From Desulfobacterium sp. (GTDB taxonomy: Bacteria; Desulfobacterota; Desulfobacteria; Desulfobacterales; Desulfobacteraceae), in contig JAEINR010000003.1 of NCBI GenBank assembly GCA_016342325.1, forward strand, positions 35,106 to 99,105: a stretch of 64,000 nt of DNA, written 5' to 3'. How positions within the stretch are numbered: position 1 is the stretch's first letter; each line of letters begins with the position of its first letter. Below, one piece after another: positions 1 to 10,706 of the stretch. Below the pieces are notes generated by a model that had not been told where the DNA came from, did not search any database, and worked only from the letters and a program-made list of their open reading frames with translations. The position numbers and the translations under genes were made by a program.

Positions 1-2
1 TC

Positions 3-575
3 AACTCCATCCTCAACCTTGCCAGGATCGAGAGCCGCAGCTACGGGGCTGAACTGACACGGGTGGACCTGGTCGAGGTGACCCGGAACTTTTGCGACAA
101 GAACCAGACCCTGTTTCGCAATCTTGCCATCACCATCACCAACCCCGAGAATCGACGGTTTGTTTATCCGGTCAACCTGCTTTTGTTTGAGATGCTCCTG
201 ATGAATATCCTCTCCAACGCGGAAAAGTACAACAACGGTGGAAAACCCGCCGTGGAGATCGTGTTCAATCTCCACAAGCAGCGGCTTTCCATCGAGTTCT
301 CCGACAACGGCATTGGGATTGAGCCGGCAGAGATTAAGAAAATTTTCAGAAAATTCTACCAGACTGGCAGGCAGGAGGAGACCAACGTCAAGGGCAGCGG
401 TCTGGGCCTCTATCTGGTATTCAGCATTGCAAAGATACACGGATGGAGGGTTTCTGCCAAGAGTCGGGGTAAGGGAGAAGGGGCCACCTTCATCCTCACC
501 TCGCCCCGGGAGGATTTTGGCGATATCAATGGGAGAAATTTATGGAAGATGCTGAAAAAAAGCGCATCCTGGTAG
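3..575 (+). CDS. Sensor histidine kinase, C-terminal part (5' truncated by window edge)
   Basis: Frame open from base 3 (NSILNLARIE, end of HisKA); HATPase_c boxes NILSNAEKY, FSDNGIGI, FRKFYQ, GSGLGL; overlaps an OmpR-type regulator. Confidence 0.9.
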   Translation, partial: NSILNLARIESRSYGAELTRVDLVEVTRNFCDKNQTLFRNLAITITNPENRRFVYPVNLLLFEMLLMNILSNAEKYNNGGKPAVEIVFNLHKQRLSIEFSDNGIGIEPAEIKKIFRKFYQTGRQEETNVKGSGLGLYLVFSIAKIHGWRVSAKSRGKGEGATFILTSPREDFGDINGRNLWKMLKKSASW

Positions 576-1273
576 TCGAGGATGAAGCGCACATAGCCGA
601 AGGGATTAAGCTTAATCTCACCATGCAGGGATACGGGGTGAGGATCGCCGCGGACGGGATCGCAGGCCTTGACCAGTGGCGGCACTGGCACCCTGACCTG
701 ATCATCCTCGATATCATGCTGCCCATGATCGACGGGTTGTCTGTCTTGAGAAGCATCCGCAATGAGGATGAAAAGTTGCCCGTGCTCATCCTCTCTGCCA
801 AGGGCACTGCCGAAGACAGGGTGCAGGGACTGCGCTGCGGCGTGGACGACTACCTTGCCAAACCCTTTGACCTGGATGAGTTCCTTTTACGGGTTGAACG
901 GCTCCTTGCCAGAAAATCGTGGTATGTTGAGGATAGTCCCCCCCCGGGACCTGAGGAGCCTCCCTTTCCCGGGGAAACCTACAGGTTCGGTGATAACCTG
1001 GTCAACTTCACCACCTGCCAGGCAGAATCCATGGCCGGGACCATCACCCTGACCGAGCAGGAGATCAAGCTGCTCAAGGTGTTCATTGCAAACCGGGGCA
1101 AGCCCGTGGCCCGGGAGAAGCTTCTGGAGGCCGGCTGGGGGTACTCCGGCACCACCACCACCCGGACCGTTGACAATTTCATGGTGAGATTCAGAAAGTA
1201 TTTTGAAAAAAACTCGAAAAAGCCTGTTTATTTCAAGAGCCGCCGTTCAGTGGGATACATCTTTGACCATTAG
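542..1273 (+). CDS. OmpR/PhoB-family response regulator
   Basis: REC motifs ILVVEDE, LDIMLP, AKPF; winged-helix RTVDNFMVRFRKYFE...GY. Confidence 0.93.
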   Translation: MEDAEKKRILVVEDEAHIAEGIKLNLTMQGYGVRIAADGIAGLDQWRHWHPDLIILDIMLPMIDGLSVLRSIRNEDEKLPVLILSAKGTAEDRVQGLRCGVDDYLAKPFDLDEFLLRVERLLARKSWYVEDSPPPGPEEPPFPGETYRFGDNLVNFTTCQAESMAGTITLTEQEIKLLKVFIANRGKPVAREKLLEAGWGYSGTTTTRTVDNFMVRFRKYFEKNSKKPVYFKSRRSVGYIFDH

Positions 1274-2001
1274 CCATGGATTTTTCCGGTTACCAGACTG
1301 AGGGAGTAGCGGGTGCCAATGGTCGTTGTGAGGATCGATACAGGGGCTTCCACGCCATGGTGCAAAATTTGGCCGTCAATCACTTCCACCTTGTAAAGGC
1401 TTTCATTAAATCCCTTTTTGATGTACTTTAAAAAAGCCTCCTTGATTGTCCAGTGTTTGAAAATATCCTGGGCCATGGTCCCCATGGAGGCCAGCTCGTT
1501 TTGGGTAAAAGCGGTTTTCATGAACGAGCTGTCGGGTGTCTTCCCGATCTCTTCGATGTCAAGACCGATGTCTATCCCCTCCCTTGTGGTGAGGCCGACG
1601 GCAGCATAGTCGCCCGAGTGGGAGATGGAGATCCTGAACCCGGGAAGACCTTTTATAAAAGGTGCACCTTCGTCCTGGTGCATGACCGTGATTTCGGTTA
1701 TGGGCGTATCGTTGTTCAGGGCCCTTTGCACCATGGTCTTGACAAGAAACCGTCCGGCCATCCATTCGACCTGTTTCTTGAGGCTCCTGAACCTGTTCAC
1801 CATCTCAATCTCCCCGGGGGAGAGAAAAACGGTCCGGAAATCTTCTTTTTTAAACAATCGGTTTCTTTTTACCTGGAAATTATGCCAACCGTTTTCTGCC
1901 ATAAGGCAGTGGTTGAGAAACGAGGAGATGCTGTGGTAACAGATCCTGGTTCCGGGTTCAGGTTCAAAGCAGTTGCAGGATAGTCTCTCTTTATCTTCCA
2001 T
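1270..2001 (-). CDS. Sfp-type 4'-phosphopantetheinyl transferase
   Basis: WMAGRFLVK, GAPFI, ISISHSGDY, IGLDIEE, HWTIKEAFLK motifs; 243 aa. Confidence 0.9.
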   Translation of the reverse strand: MEDKERLSCNCFEPEPGTRICYHSISSFLNHCLMAENGWHNFQVKRNRLFKKEDFRTVFLSPGEIEMVNRFRSLKKQVEWMAGRFLVKTMVQRALNNDTPITEITVMHQDEGAPFIKGLPGFRISISHSGDYAAVGLTTREGIDIGLDIEEIGKTPDSSFMKTAFTQNELASMGTMAQDIFKHWTIKEAFLKYIKKGFNESLYKVEVIDGQILHHGVEAPVSILTTTIGTRYSLSLVTGKIHG

Positions 2002-2032
2002 GGTGTCGTCCTGGGGTGTCTGTTGGTTGTTT

Positions 2033-2106
2033 TTAGCTTCTTCGCTCTGATTTTACGTTGCTTTGGCAAGAGAATCAGAACTTTTGGGTTCTGGTTTGTC
2101 CGGGTT
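2033..2106 (+). repeat. Dispersed intergenic repeat family A, copy 1
   Basis: GCTCTGATTTT..TTGGCAAGAGAATCAGAA..GGTTCTGG.TTGTCC.GGTT; manual alignment to 20814, 44180 and 49227. Confidence 0.8.
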
Positions 2107-2237
2107 CGAATGGAGGGGTTATGACCTCTGTAATAAAAAATAATAGCATAACATAGGTGCTGATCAACCTTAAGTCAACTGGCTTGTTCCCACGACGTGT
2201 CTGTTCGGAATGTTTTTTAACCCAAAGAGGCAAACCC

Positions 2238-4382
2238 ATGACCGTAAGAGCAAAATTGATATCCCTGGGGCTGTTGAGCCTCCTTGCGACCAGCATCCTT
2301 TTCGGGGTGAGCTGGTACTCCATGTCAGCCAAAGCCCGCCTTGATAACGATCTTGAAACCCTTGCCACCATGAACCTTGCCATGTTCAAGGCCATTGTCC
2401 GGGAAAAGGAGTTTTTCATTGATCATGATCTTGAAAACACCCGCCGGGCGGAAGAACATTTTGACACCATCCGGGAATCCATTCACCGGGTGAAGCAGGG
2501 GCTGTTTTTTGACCGTGAAGAGGTGGATTCCCTTGCCAAAACCGTTGATAACTATCGAATCGCCCTTTTATCCCTGTTTGATGTGGAGATCAAGGTTCAG
2601 GGGATTCTCAAGGAGATCGAACAACAGGTTGCAACGTTCAACACCGGGTTCATGGAGCGCAATGCCTCCCCCGGGGACCCGCTCAATGCCGGTCAATCCT
2701 CTCCTGGTGTAAAGGTCTGGGAAATCCTTGAAAAACAGGGGGTGGTCCTGGTGAGCAAGACCGTTGGGAGCGTTAACCGGGATCTCATGGTCAACCAGGA
2801 CATGATGGGTTTTTATAAGACTACCAAGGCCGTGTTTGAAATTCTGGACAAGGTGAAGGCGATCGCAGGCCCCCTGAAGATCCGTCTTACAGCCGAGGGG
2901 CGGGAAGATCTCCATGGAGACATCGATCGGTTCATCCAAACGGCTGAATTTTTGCCGGGGCAGGTCCGGGCCCTGATTAACCTTTGGCCCGGACGGTCAA
3001 AGCTGCTGGTCAACCTTGACGATTCAAGAAAAAAGATGGTGGGATACCTCAACCTGATCTCAAAAAACGCCAGGGCCCAGGAAAAGAAGCAGGAGCGGAT
3101 GCTGTTTTGGGTCAACCTTGCCGTGTTTGGCATGGTCGTCCTGATCCTTGTGATCGGGGGCTCCCTGACACTGGCCGCAGTTCTGGATCCCATCCAGAAA
3201 GCGGCCCTAGGATTAAAAAATATTGCCCAGGGCAAGGGGGATCTGACCCAGAGTCTTGCGGTGGGTGCGGATGACGAGATCGGGGCCCTTGCCACTTGGT
3301 TCAATGCATTTATCCGGAAGCTGAGGGAGCTTGTGACCCGGATCAGCGACAATGTCCGGGTGCTGGGGGGCGCTTCTTCAGATCTGCTATCCATCTCCCG
3401 GCAGCTGGAAGAGCGGGCGTCGGGCATGGACCGCCAGGCCGTGACAACGGTGGGTCTCATACAGAAGACCCTGGGCAGGTTCAAGGCCATGGGTGCATCC
3501 ACCGCCGAGGTGAGTGTCAGGATCGACTCGGTGGCCCTGTCGTCGGCCACGGTTTGCCGGAAACTTGACAACAGCAGGACGGCGGTGGACAGTCTCTCCT
3601 CAGCCGTGACATCCCTGGCCTGTGCCATGGAAGAGATTTACGCGACCCTGAATGAGGTGACCGCCAACGCATCCCACGGATCCACCATCACCTCTGACGC
3701 CGCAACAAAGGCAGAGGATACCAACGCCATCGTCACCGTCATGGGCACCTCGGCAGCCGAGATCGGGGACGTGATCGACCTGATCCAGGACATCGCCTTT
3801 CAGACCAATTTGCTTGCCCTGAACGCTTCCATCGAAGCTGCCGGGGCAGGGGAGGCGGGCAGGGGGTTTGCCGTGGTGGCCAACGAGGTAAAGGCCCTTT
3901 CCAAGCAGACTTCAAAGGCCAGCCGGGATATCAGGGCCAAGGTTAAATTCATGCAGACCAGCACCAACACCGCGGTGACGGCCATCCAGGCCATTGCTGC
4001 GGTTGTCCGGGAAGTGGACGTGATCATGGGATCCATTGCCACGGCCGTTGAAGAGCAGACAAAAACAGTCAATGACATTTCCAAAACTATTTCAAAGACG
4101 GCCGGGGATTCGGAAACCGTGGCGGAAAACATGGAGGAGCTGGTCCGGTTCGAGGCAGAGGTGAGCCGGGCAGTGGGCGAGGTGGCCCAGGCGTCCAAAG
4201 CCATTGCTCAGCAACTGGCCAAGGCGTCCGACGACAGTGACCAGGTCCTGAAGACCATGGAGACCCTGAGCCTTGATGTGGAGAGCACGGCCCAGAGTGC
4301 CGAGAGCACCAAACGGCAGGCAGGGGATCTTTCCGTGATTGCCAGAAACCTTGAAACCGTGATGGAGGAGTTCAAAATCTGA
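2238..4382 (+). CDS. Methyl-accepting chemotaxis protein (2 TM, HAMP, MA domain)
   Basis: [36 protein letters not shown] hairpin tip; [22 protein letters not shown]; AGAGG RBS before ATG 2238 (ORF track start 2157 is an alternative). Confidence 0.93.
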   Translation: MTVRAKLISLGLLSLLATSILFGVSWYSMSAKARLDNDLETLATMNLAMFKAIVREKEFFIDHDLENTRRAEEHFDTIRESIHRVKQGLFFDREEVDSLAKTVDNYRIALLSLFDVEIKVQGILKEIEQQVATFNTGFMERNASPGDPLNAGQSSPGVKVWEILEKQGVVLVSKTVGSVNRDLMVNQDMMGFYKTTKAVFEILDKVKAIAGPLKIRLTAEGREDLHGDIDRFIQTAEFLPGQVRALINLWPGRSKLLVNLDDSRKKMVGYLNLISKNARAQEKKQERMLFWVNLAVFGMVVLILVIGGSLTLAAVLDPIQKAALGLKNIAQGKGDLTQSLAVGADDEIGALATWFNAFIRKLRELVTRISDNVRVLGGASSDLLSISRQLEERASGMDRQAVTTVGLIQKTLGRFKAMGASTAEVSVRIDSVALSSATVCRKLDNSRTAVDSLSSAVTSLACAMEEIYATLNEVTANASHGSTITSDAATKAEDTNAIVTVMGTSAAEIGDVIDLIQDIAFQTNLLALNASIEAAGAGEAGRGFAVVANEVKALSKQTSKASRDIRAKVKFMQTSTNTAVTAIQAIAAVVREVDVIMGSIATAVEEQTKTVNDISKTISKTAGDSETVAENMEELVRFEAEVSRAVGEVAQASKAIAQQLAKASDDSDQVLKTMETLSLDVESTAQSAESTKRQAGDLSVIARNLETVMEEFKI

Positions 4383-4411
4383 CACGCATCAGCAGGAGGA
4401 GGACGAAACCG

Positions 4412-4882
4412 GTGATGGGGGATAACAACGGTTCAGACACAAGGGGATGGCAGGTTGTCCGGTTCACCATCGACGACCTTTCCATGGGGATCGACATCCT
4501 GGGGGTCAGGGAGGTGACCGTCATTGCCAGGATCACCCCGGTCCAGCAGGCGCCTTCCTTTGTCAGGGGACTGATCAATTTAAGGGGGCAGACGGTGACG
4601 GTGGTGGACCTTGGCGTGAAACTGGGCAGGCCCGGGAGAACTGTGGGCGAACAGGCCCACGTCATTGTCCTGAAACAAGCCCATGTGGGGATACTGATTG
4701 ACACCATCGGGGAGATCGTTCCTGTGGCCGGAGGGATCGAGCCTGTCCCTTCCACCATGGGTTTTGTTGAAAACGATGCCATTGAAGGTGTTGTCAACCT
4801 GGAACATGATCCAGTGCTCATTGTTTCCCCGGAGGGATTCCTGGATTCCATGGTAACGAACTCCAGGGGGGAAAAAGCGTGA
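4412..4882 (+). CDS. cheW: Chemotaxis adaptor CheW
   Basis: ITPVQQAPSFVRGLINLRGQTVTVVDL; lies between MCP and CheA. Confidence 0.9.
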   Translation: MMGDNNGSDTRGWQVVRFTIDDLSMGIDILGVREVTVIARITPVQQAPSFVRGLINLRGQTVTVVDLGVKLGRPGRTVGEQAHVIVLKQAHVGILIDTIGEIVPVAGGIEPVPSTMGFVENDAIEGVVNLEHDPVLIVSPEGFLDSMVTNSRGEKA

Positions 4883-7524
4883 CCATGGGCAACTCCCAGA
4901 ATTTGACTCCGGGCTTTGCCAGGGAGTTTATTGCCGATATACGGGACGACCTGGAGGTGTTGGAACCGGATCTTCTGGCCATGGAGGCGTTGGGGAGTAA
5001 TGTCGGCTGTGACCTTGTCAACAACGCCTTCAGGGCCGTTCACAGTATCAAGGGGGGAGCCGGGTTCGCCGGGCTTACCCACCTTGGCGACCTTGCCAAC
5101 TCCATGGAAAACGTCCTCACGGCGTTGAGGGAAAAGAAACTTTCCCTGGTTTTTCCTGTGCCGGATGTCCTGCTGGCCGGGCTGGACAGGATGAAAACCC
5201 TGGTGGCGGCCCTGGATTCCGACACCCAGCCCTCCCATGAAAGGGAGAAACTGGCTTTGGAAGCCTTGATTTCATCCCCTGACGGCACTGTGTACCATGG
5301 GCGCTGTGGCCCTTTCCTGGCGGACCGGCTGGGACGTATGCTGGATCCGGGCGTTCTCAAGAAGGCCGTGTCCCAGGGAAAGCTGATCTATGCCGTTGAA
5401 TTCGATCCCCAACAGGATTTTTTGGAGAAAAACCGGAGGGTTCGGGAGCTGTTAACAGATATCGAGAGCATCGGAGAACTTGTTTTTGCCGATTTTGACC
5501 CAACCCTGGCACCCGGGACTCTTGGCCCGGGACAAGGACCCCTTACGGCGGTGGTTGCCACCATCCTGGATCCTGATTTCCTGGCCCAGGTGCTTGAGGT
5601 GGAATCCAGCCGGATCATCCCCCTTGACCCGGACGCCATGGAATTCCCTGAACCCTCTCCCCAAGTGCCACCTGGGTCAGAGCACCCGGAAGCTTCGGGG
5701 GCGGGCATGGCCATGTCTCCTTTACCCAATGGTTTGCCCCAGGAGGTACCCGCCACAACCATCCGGGTCAATGTGGAACTGATCTCCCGGTTGATGAACC
5801 TTGCAGGCGAACTTGTGCTGACCCGCAATCAGTTTCGATCCCTGGTGGAGAGGATCGCCGTGCAGGATGCCGGGGTCAACCAGGTGATGCAGTCCCTTAA
5901 CACGGTGACATCCCTGATCCAGGAAGATATCATGCGGTTGCGGATGCAACCCTTTGGCAACCTTGTTTCAAGGTTCAGGAGGATCGTCCGGGACCTTTCA
6001 AATAGCCTTGGCAAACGGGTGGATCTCCTGGTGGAGGGCGGGGAAGTGGAGCTGGACAAGCGCGTGTTGGAGGGGCTTGCCAACCCCTTTACCCATTTGG
6101 TGAGAAATTTTGTCGACCACGGCATTGAAACGCCCGATTCCCGGAAACGGGCAGGCAAGCCAACCAATGGAACCATCCTGATAAGGGTGGGTCAGCAGGG
6201 TGGCCAGGTCCATATCTCTATCCAGGACGACGGCCGGGGCATCGATCCCGATACCATTGGTGCCGTTGCCGTTGACAAAGGGCTTGTCACCCGGGAGAGT
6301 GTGTTCTCCATGACGGACAAGGAGAAGATCAACCTGGTGTTCAAACCCGGTGTATCAACCGCTGAGACCATCACCGACCTGTCCGGGCGGGGAGTGGGAA
6401 TGGATGTGGTCAAGACCAATATCGAGAACCTCAAGGGGCGGATCGAGATCGAGTCGACCCCGGGCCGGGGCACCCGGGTGCAAATCACCATTCCCCTGAC
6501 CCTTGCCATTGTTTCCGCCCTGATCGTTGGCACCGGCGGGCTTAGGTTCGCCATTCCCCATATGCAGATGCAGGAGGTTTTCCATCTAAAGCCGGGGGAG
6601 CTTCAAACTTGCGTGGAGCGGGTTGGCGGTTTTGATGTGCTGGGTTTCAGGGGAGGGCTGCTGCCGGTGGTGAGGCTCAGGACACTTCTTGGAATAGAGA
6701 CCCTTTTTTTTGATTCCATAACCCGGGAGGAACGGAGGGAGCGCAGGTTCTCCATTTCCGGTCCCAGGAGAGGACAGGATCGGCGCAAGCAGGCCGGGGG
6801 GGGCATTTTTGTGATCGTGCTCAAACAGGGTATCAATCGCTTCGGGTTGCTTGTGGAAGAGATGTTCGACACCGAGGAGATCGTTGTCACCCCCCTGGGG
6901 CCGGGGCTTTCAACCTGTGTTTGTTTCAGCGGATCTACGTTTAACGGTGATAGTGGGGTGATCATGATCCTGGATGCCCCTGGCATGGCAGACCAAGCAC
7001 GTCTGGGATTTGGGGCGGTGGCCCGGGAGGAAAAGCGGCGCAGGGGCGGAAAGCTTGGAGAGGAAAAGCAAGGGCTCTGCCCTGTCAACCTTATGCTTTT
7101 CTCCTTTGCCCCGGATGACTATTTTGTGGTACCACTGGCGTCCCTGGCACGGCTTGACGTGATCCGGCCCACGGATATCCACACGGTAGGGCAACAACGG
7201 TTCATGGACCACAAGGGGACAACCACGACCCTTTTTTTTCTGGATGAAATCATCCCGGTTGCCCCCTGTGAGCCCAGTGGCGGTCCGGTGGGCGTGATCT
7301 TTCCCAGGGGGCTCGGTGTCAGCGCAGGCATTGTGGTGGGAATGGTCATGGATACCGTGGCGTTTTGTGAAAGTATGAACACCGACCCGGTCTCTCCCGA
7401 CGGAATTCGGGGCACGGCCTTTATCGGTAACAGACGGGTGCGGTTCCTGGACATGGAGCACATTTCAAAGCGGATGGAAACACTGGTAGAAACAGCGGGT
7501 TCAATGATTGGAGAAGAGGAATGA
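4879..7524 (+). CDS. cheA: Chemotaxis histidine kinase CheA (Hpt, dimerisation, HATPase, two CheW-like domains)
   Basis: FRAVHSIKG Hpt His; HLVRNFVDHGIE; DDGRGID; SGRGVGMDVV; second CheW-like C-terminal domain. Confidence 0.93.
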   Translation: MTMGNSQNLTPGFAREFIADIRDDLEVLEPDLLAMEALGSNVGCDLVNNAFRAVHSIKGGAGFAGLTHLGDLANSMENVLTALREKKLSLVFPVPDVLLAGLDRMKTLVAALDSDTQPSHEREKLALEALISSPDGTVYHGRCGPFLADRLGRMLDPGVLKKAVSQGKLIYAVEFDPQQDFLEKNRRVRELLTDIESIGELVFADFDPTLAPGTLGPGQGPLTAVVATILDPDFLAQVLEVESSRIIPLDPDAMEFPEPSPQVPPGSEHPEASGAGMAMSPLPNGLPQEVPATTIRVNVELISRLMNLAGELVLTRNQFRSLVERIAVQDAGVNQVMQSLNTVTSLIQEDIMRLRMQPFGNLVSRFRRIVRDLSNSLGKRVDLLVEGGEVELDKRVLEGLANPFTHLVRNFVDHGIETPDSRKRAGKPTNGTILIRVGQQGGQVHISIQDDGRGIDPDTIGAVAVDKGLVTRESVFSMTDKEKINLVFKPGVSTAETITDLSGRGVGMDVVKTNIENLKGRIEIESTPGRGTRVQITIPLTLAIVSALIVGTGGLRFAIPHMQMQEVFHLKPGELQTCVERVGGFDVLGFRGGLLPVVRLRTLLGIETLFFDSITREERRERRFSISGPRRGQDRRKQAGGGIFVIVLKQGINRFGLLVEEMFDTEEIVVTPLGPGLSTCVCFSGSTFNGDSGVIMILDAPGMADQARLGFGAVAREEKRRRGGKLGEEKQGLCPVNLMLFSFAPDDYFVVPLASLARLDVIRPTDIHTVGQQRFMDHKGTTTTLFFLDEIIPVAPCEPSGGPVGVIFPRGLGVSAGIVVGMVMDTVAFCESMNTDPVSPDGIRGTAFIGNRRVRFLDMEHISKRMETLVETAGSMIGEEE

Positions 7525-7594
7525 TTATGGGGAGCGGGGCATGTGATGTCAAAAAGGGAAATAAGGAAAGTCTGATCCCAATAAGGAGGCGTAG

Positions 7595-7993
7595 ATGAAG
7601 TTTCTTGTTGTGGATGACAAGGCATCTGTTCGTTCGACCATGGTGGATATTCTGGCCGGACTTGGATTCAACGATGTGACGGAGGCCGTGGACGGCAGTG
7701 ATGCCTGGTTTAAGCTAAAGGCGGAGTTTGAAGGGGTGAAGCCTGAGACGTTCGATCTGATCATCTCCGACATGGAGATGCCCGCGATGACGGGGCTGGA
7801 TCTGTTAAAGGCCGTGAGGGGGGATCGGAACCTGAAGGAGACCCCCTTTATCATGGTAACGAGCATCAATACCAAAGAGACGATTATTGCCAGCATGAAG
7901 CTCGGGATCAAGGCTTACATCATCAAGCCCTTTACCAAGGAATCCGTGGCGGCCAAACTGGTGCAGGCAGGTTTTTTAAAGAAGACGGATTGA
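7595..7993 (+). CDS. cheY: Single-domain response regulator CheY
   Basis: LVVDD, ISDMEMP, MVTS, IIKPF; GGAGG RBS. Confidence 0.88.
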   Translation: MKFLVVDDKASVRSTMVDILAGLGFNDVTEAVDGSDAWFKLKAEFEGVKPETFDLIISDMEMPAMTGLDLLKAVRGDRNLKETPFIMVTSINTKETIIASMKLGIKAYIIKPFTKESVAAKLVQAGFLKKTD

Positions 7994-8073
7994 CCGGGTA
8001 TGGTGGGCCTGGCCCCATGACCAGGTCCGTTTTTTTACTCCGGAAACGATTGGCCGTATGTCTTCCGGGATTT

Positions 8074-10185
8074 TTATCCCAGAAAGGACTGGCCATAGGT
8101 TTTCCAGATGTCCAGGGCAATGCGCAGGGGTTTCATCATGGGAACCGTGTAGGTATGAAGTTTTTTTTCGGCCATGTAGGCCCTGCAGCGGTCCACATAG
8201 GGTGAGAATCCCCGTGGGGAAATGATCAGGGGTTTGGTTAACTCATCCCGTAATTCCACAAGACGTTCCGGCAGGTATTCAGAGAGTAACGGCACCTGGA
8301 GGTAGATGGCGGCAATGATCACATCCGTGTGGGGATCTTTATCCACGATGCGGATGGATTCCAGGAGTCTTTCATCGCCACAGTTGCCAAAGAGATCAAT
8401 GGGATTATTCCCCACATTTTTCAAAATTTTATCGCTGATCGCTTTCTGTTCAGGCTTCAGGTCTTTTTCAATCAAGTCCTGCATTCGTTTTCTGGTTTCA
8501 GGGACAAACTCGGCCAGGCGCATGCCTTCTTCCGTGACCTGGTCTGCGATTAAAATACCGGCCCCGCCGCCAACACTGACCACGGCAATGCGTTTGCCGT
8601 CTGTTTTGGGTTGGCTGGTGAGGATGGAAATAACATTGACCAGGATTTTCGGATCCTCTGTCAGCTCCTCCACCAGATAAAAACCGGCTTGCTGACAACA
8701 GGCTTTAAAGGCTTCATGGCTGCCGGCAAGGGAGGCCGTGTGGGAAAGGGCCGCTTCCGCCCCCCCGCCCATTCCGCCCTTGATGATCAGGACAGGCTTT
8801 TTGCGGGCAACGGCTTTTCCCACTTTCATCAGTTTCAGGCCGTCGGCCACCCCCTCCAGGTAAATGGCGATGATTTTTATTTTCGGATCATCCCCCATGT
8901 GGGCCAGAATTTCCGGAACGCCCACACTGCCGGCATTTCCAATGGAGACCCATTTGCCGAGATTTTGGTTGTCCGCACCGAACATTTCAAGAAGTTCAAG
9001 GCCGATTCCGCCGCTTTGGGAGATCACGCCGACACAATTGGATGTTGCCGCAGGTACGGACCGTTGAACCGGTATGTAGTTGGTGTTGAGCCCGGAGAAG
9101 TTGTCAATCACTCCCATGCAGTTGGGGCCGATAAATGCGACCTTGTAGGTTTCACTGAGACGGATAAGTTTATCTTCAAGATCTTTCCGGCCCATTTCGG
9201 CAAAACCGTCGCTGAATATGATGGCCCCTTTTCCCCCCAGTTTGCAGAAATCCTCAAAGATGGCGACCGTTCTTTCGGAACTGACGGCAAACACACAGAC
9301 TTCCGGTACTTCAGGCAGAGCGGAAAGAGAGGGATAACAGGTGAGCCCGTGTATTGTCTTCAGTTTGGGATGCACCGGATAGAGATGTTTGATGCCCATG
9401 CAGTTTTTCAGTATCACGCCGCCCTGGGTGCCTGGCCGGGACGCACCGATGACAGCAACTGATTGGGCGTTGAAAATGGCATTGACACTATCGCGTTTCC
9501 AGTCTCTGACATCCATGGACATTGGGGCCACAACATTCGTATCCCGGATCAGCCTGGCGTCCACAACGGCGTATCCGTTTTCATAGGCAATGACCGGATT
9601 CAGGTCCAGTTCACAGATGTCCGGATTTTCGGCCATGAGCCTTGACACATTGATGACCAACTCAATAATGCTGTCCCGGTCATATTGCTGTCCCCGGAAT
9701 CCGTCAAGCACTTTTCCCGCCCGTGTGTTTGACAGCATCCGTTCCACATCTTTTACGGATAACACACCGATGCCCATGGCCGCATCGGAATACAATTCCA
9801 CAAAAATGCCGCCCAGGCCGATCATGGTGATGGGACCGAATCCGGGATCCTGTTTCGCCCCAACAAGAAGTTCAAATCCTTTGTCTGCCATTTTCTGGAT
9901 CAGCAGCCCTTCTTTCTCTTCCCTGGAAAACCCCTTGATTTTTTTTTCAATGGTCAGACAGGCCGCTTCCAACTGGGTTGGGTCTTTAATGTCCAAAAAG
10001 ACCACCCCTTGGTCGGATTTGTGGATAATCTTTTTTGAAACAGGCTTTACCACTACCGGATAGGTTATTTCATCGGCAGCCTTGACCGCATCTGCTGTGT
10101 CATACACCTGTCTGCCTTGGGCCTGTATATTATATTTTTGCAATAACTCGGCACTTTCTTCAAAGTTTATCTGCTGTTTATCCAT
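8074..10185 (-). CDS. ADP-forming acetate/acyl-CoA ligase, ATP-grasp (beta) domain N-terminal to CoA-binding (alpha) domains
   Basis: IIHKSDQGVV, GAKQDPGFGP, ELDLNPVI, then VAVIGAS, GPNCMG, SQSGG, ALSHTASLAG (phospho-His), NNPIDL. Confidence 0.88.
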   Translation of the reverse strand: MDKQQINFEESAELLQKYNIQAQGRQVYDTADAVKAADEITYPVVVKPVSKKIIHKSDQGVVFLDIKDPTQLEAACLTIEKKIKGFSREEKEGLLIQKMADKGFELLVGAKQDPGFGPITMIGLGGIFVELYSDAAMGIGVLSVKDVERMLSNTRAGKVLDGFRGQQYDRDSIIELVINVSRLMAENPDICELDLNPVIAYENGYAVVDARLIRDTNVVAPMSMDVRDWKRDSVNAIFNAQSVAVIGASRPGTQGGVILKNCMGIKHLYPVHPKLKTIHGLTCYPSLSALPEVPEVCVFAVSSERTVAIFEDFCKLGGKGAIIFSDGFAEMGRKDLEDKLIRLSETYKVAFIGPNCMGVIDNFSGLNTNYIPVQRSVPAATSNCVGVISQSGGIGLELLEMFGADNQNLGKWVSIGNAGSVGVPEILAHMGDDPKIKIIAIYLEGVADGLKLMKVGKAVARKKPVLIIKGGMGGGAEAALSHTASLAGSHEAFKACCQQAGFYLVEELTEDPKILVNVISILTSQPKTDGKRIAVVSVGGGAGILIADQVTEEGMRLAEFVPETRKRMQDLIEKDLKPEQKAISDKILKNVGNNPIDLFGNCGDERLLESIRIVDKDPHTDVIIAAIYLQVPLLSEYLPERLVELRDELTKPLIISPRGFSPYVDRCRAYMAEKKLHTYTVPMMKPLRIALDIWKTYGQSFLG

Positions 10186-10288
10186 GGTCGTCCTTAACTT
10201 TATATAACGGCGTTTATATTATAATTTCAATTATCAGGGTCGGTTTTTAACCTGGGTATTATTCTGAGTGTTTGAAATGCTGATGGAC

Positions 10289-10369
10289 TATAGTGCCGGT
10301 GAAATGACATGATGCCATCCTGACCCTTATTAGTAGGTAGCGGTATCAATTGATTTGACCAGAGCAATA
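10289..10369 (+). mobile_element. MITE-like repeat family B, copy 1 (81 bp)
   Basis: TATAGTGCCGGTGAAATGACATGATGCC...GGTATCAATTGATTTGACCAGAGCAATA; imperfect terminal inverted repeats with TA ends; four copies in window. Confidence 0.7.
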
Positions 10370-10706
10370 ACAAGGTTTTTTTATGTGATGTGTATACCTC
10401 ATGCTTAACGAATAAATTTTAAAAGAAATTTTGTTGAAAATAATATACTTATATCTCGTATAAAAATCAAAGAATATTCCGGCAATTACTTCCCTAGGCT
10501 GAATGTTGTAGGAATTCCACGGTTGAGCAGTTCAATTCTTTTCCAAAGAGTGCTTTTCTGCCGAATTTACCGATCCTGGTTTTAAAATGCCCCTGGTCCT
10601 GGTATGGTCAGGGGGCGGATACAGAACCGTTGAGAAAATAAGTACGGTGCAGTTAATCAGGCCATCCCGATCCATGACCGGGGATGGCTGCAAATCCGGA
10701 GGCAAT

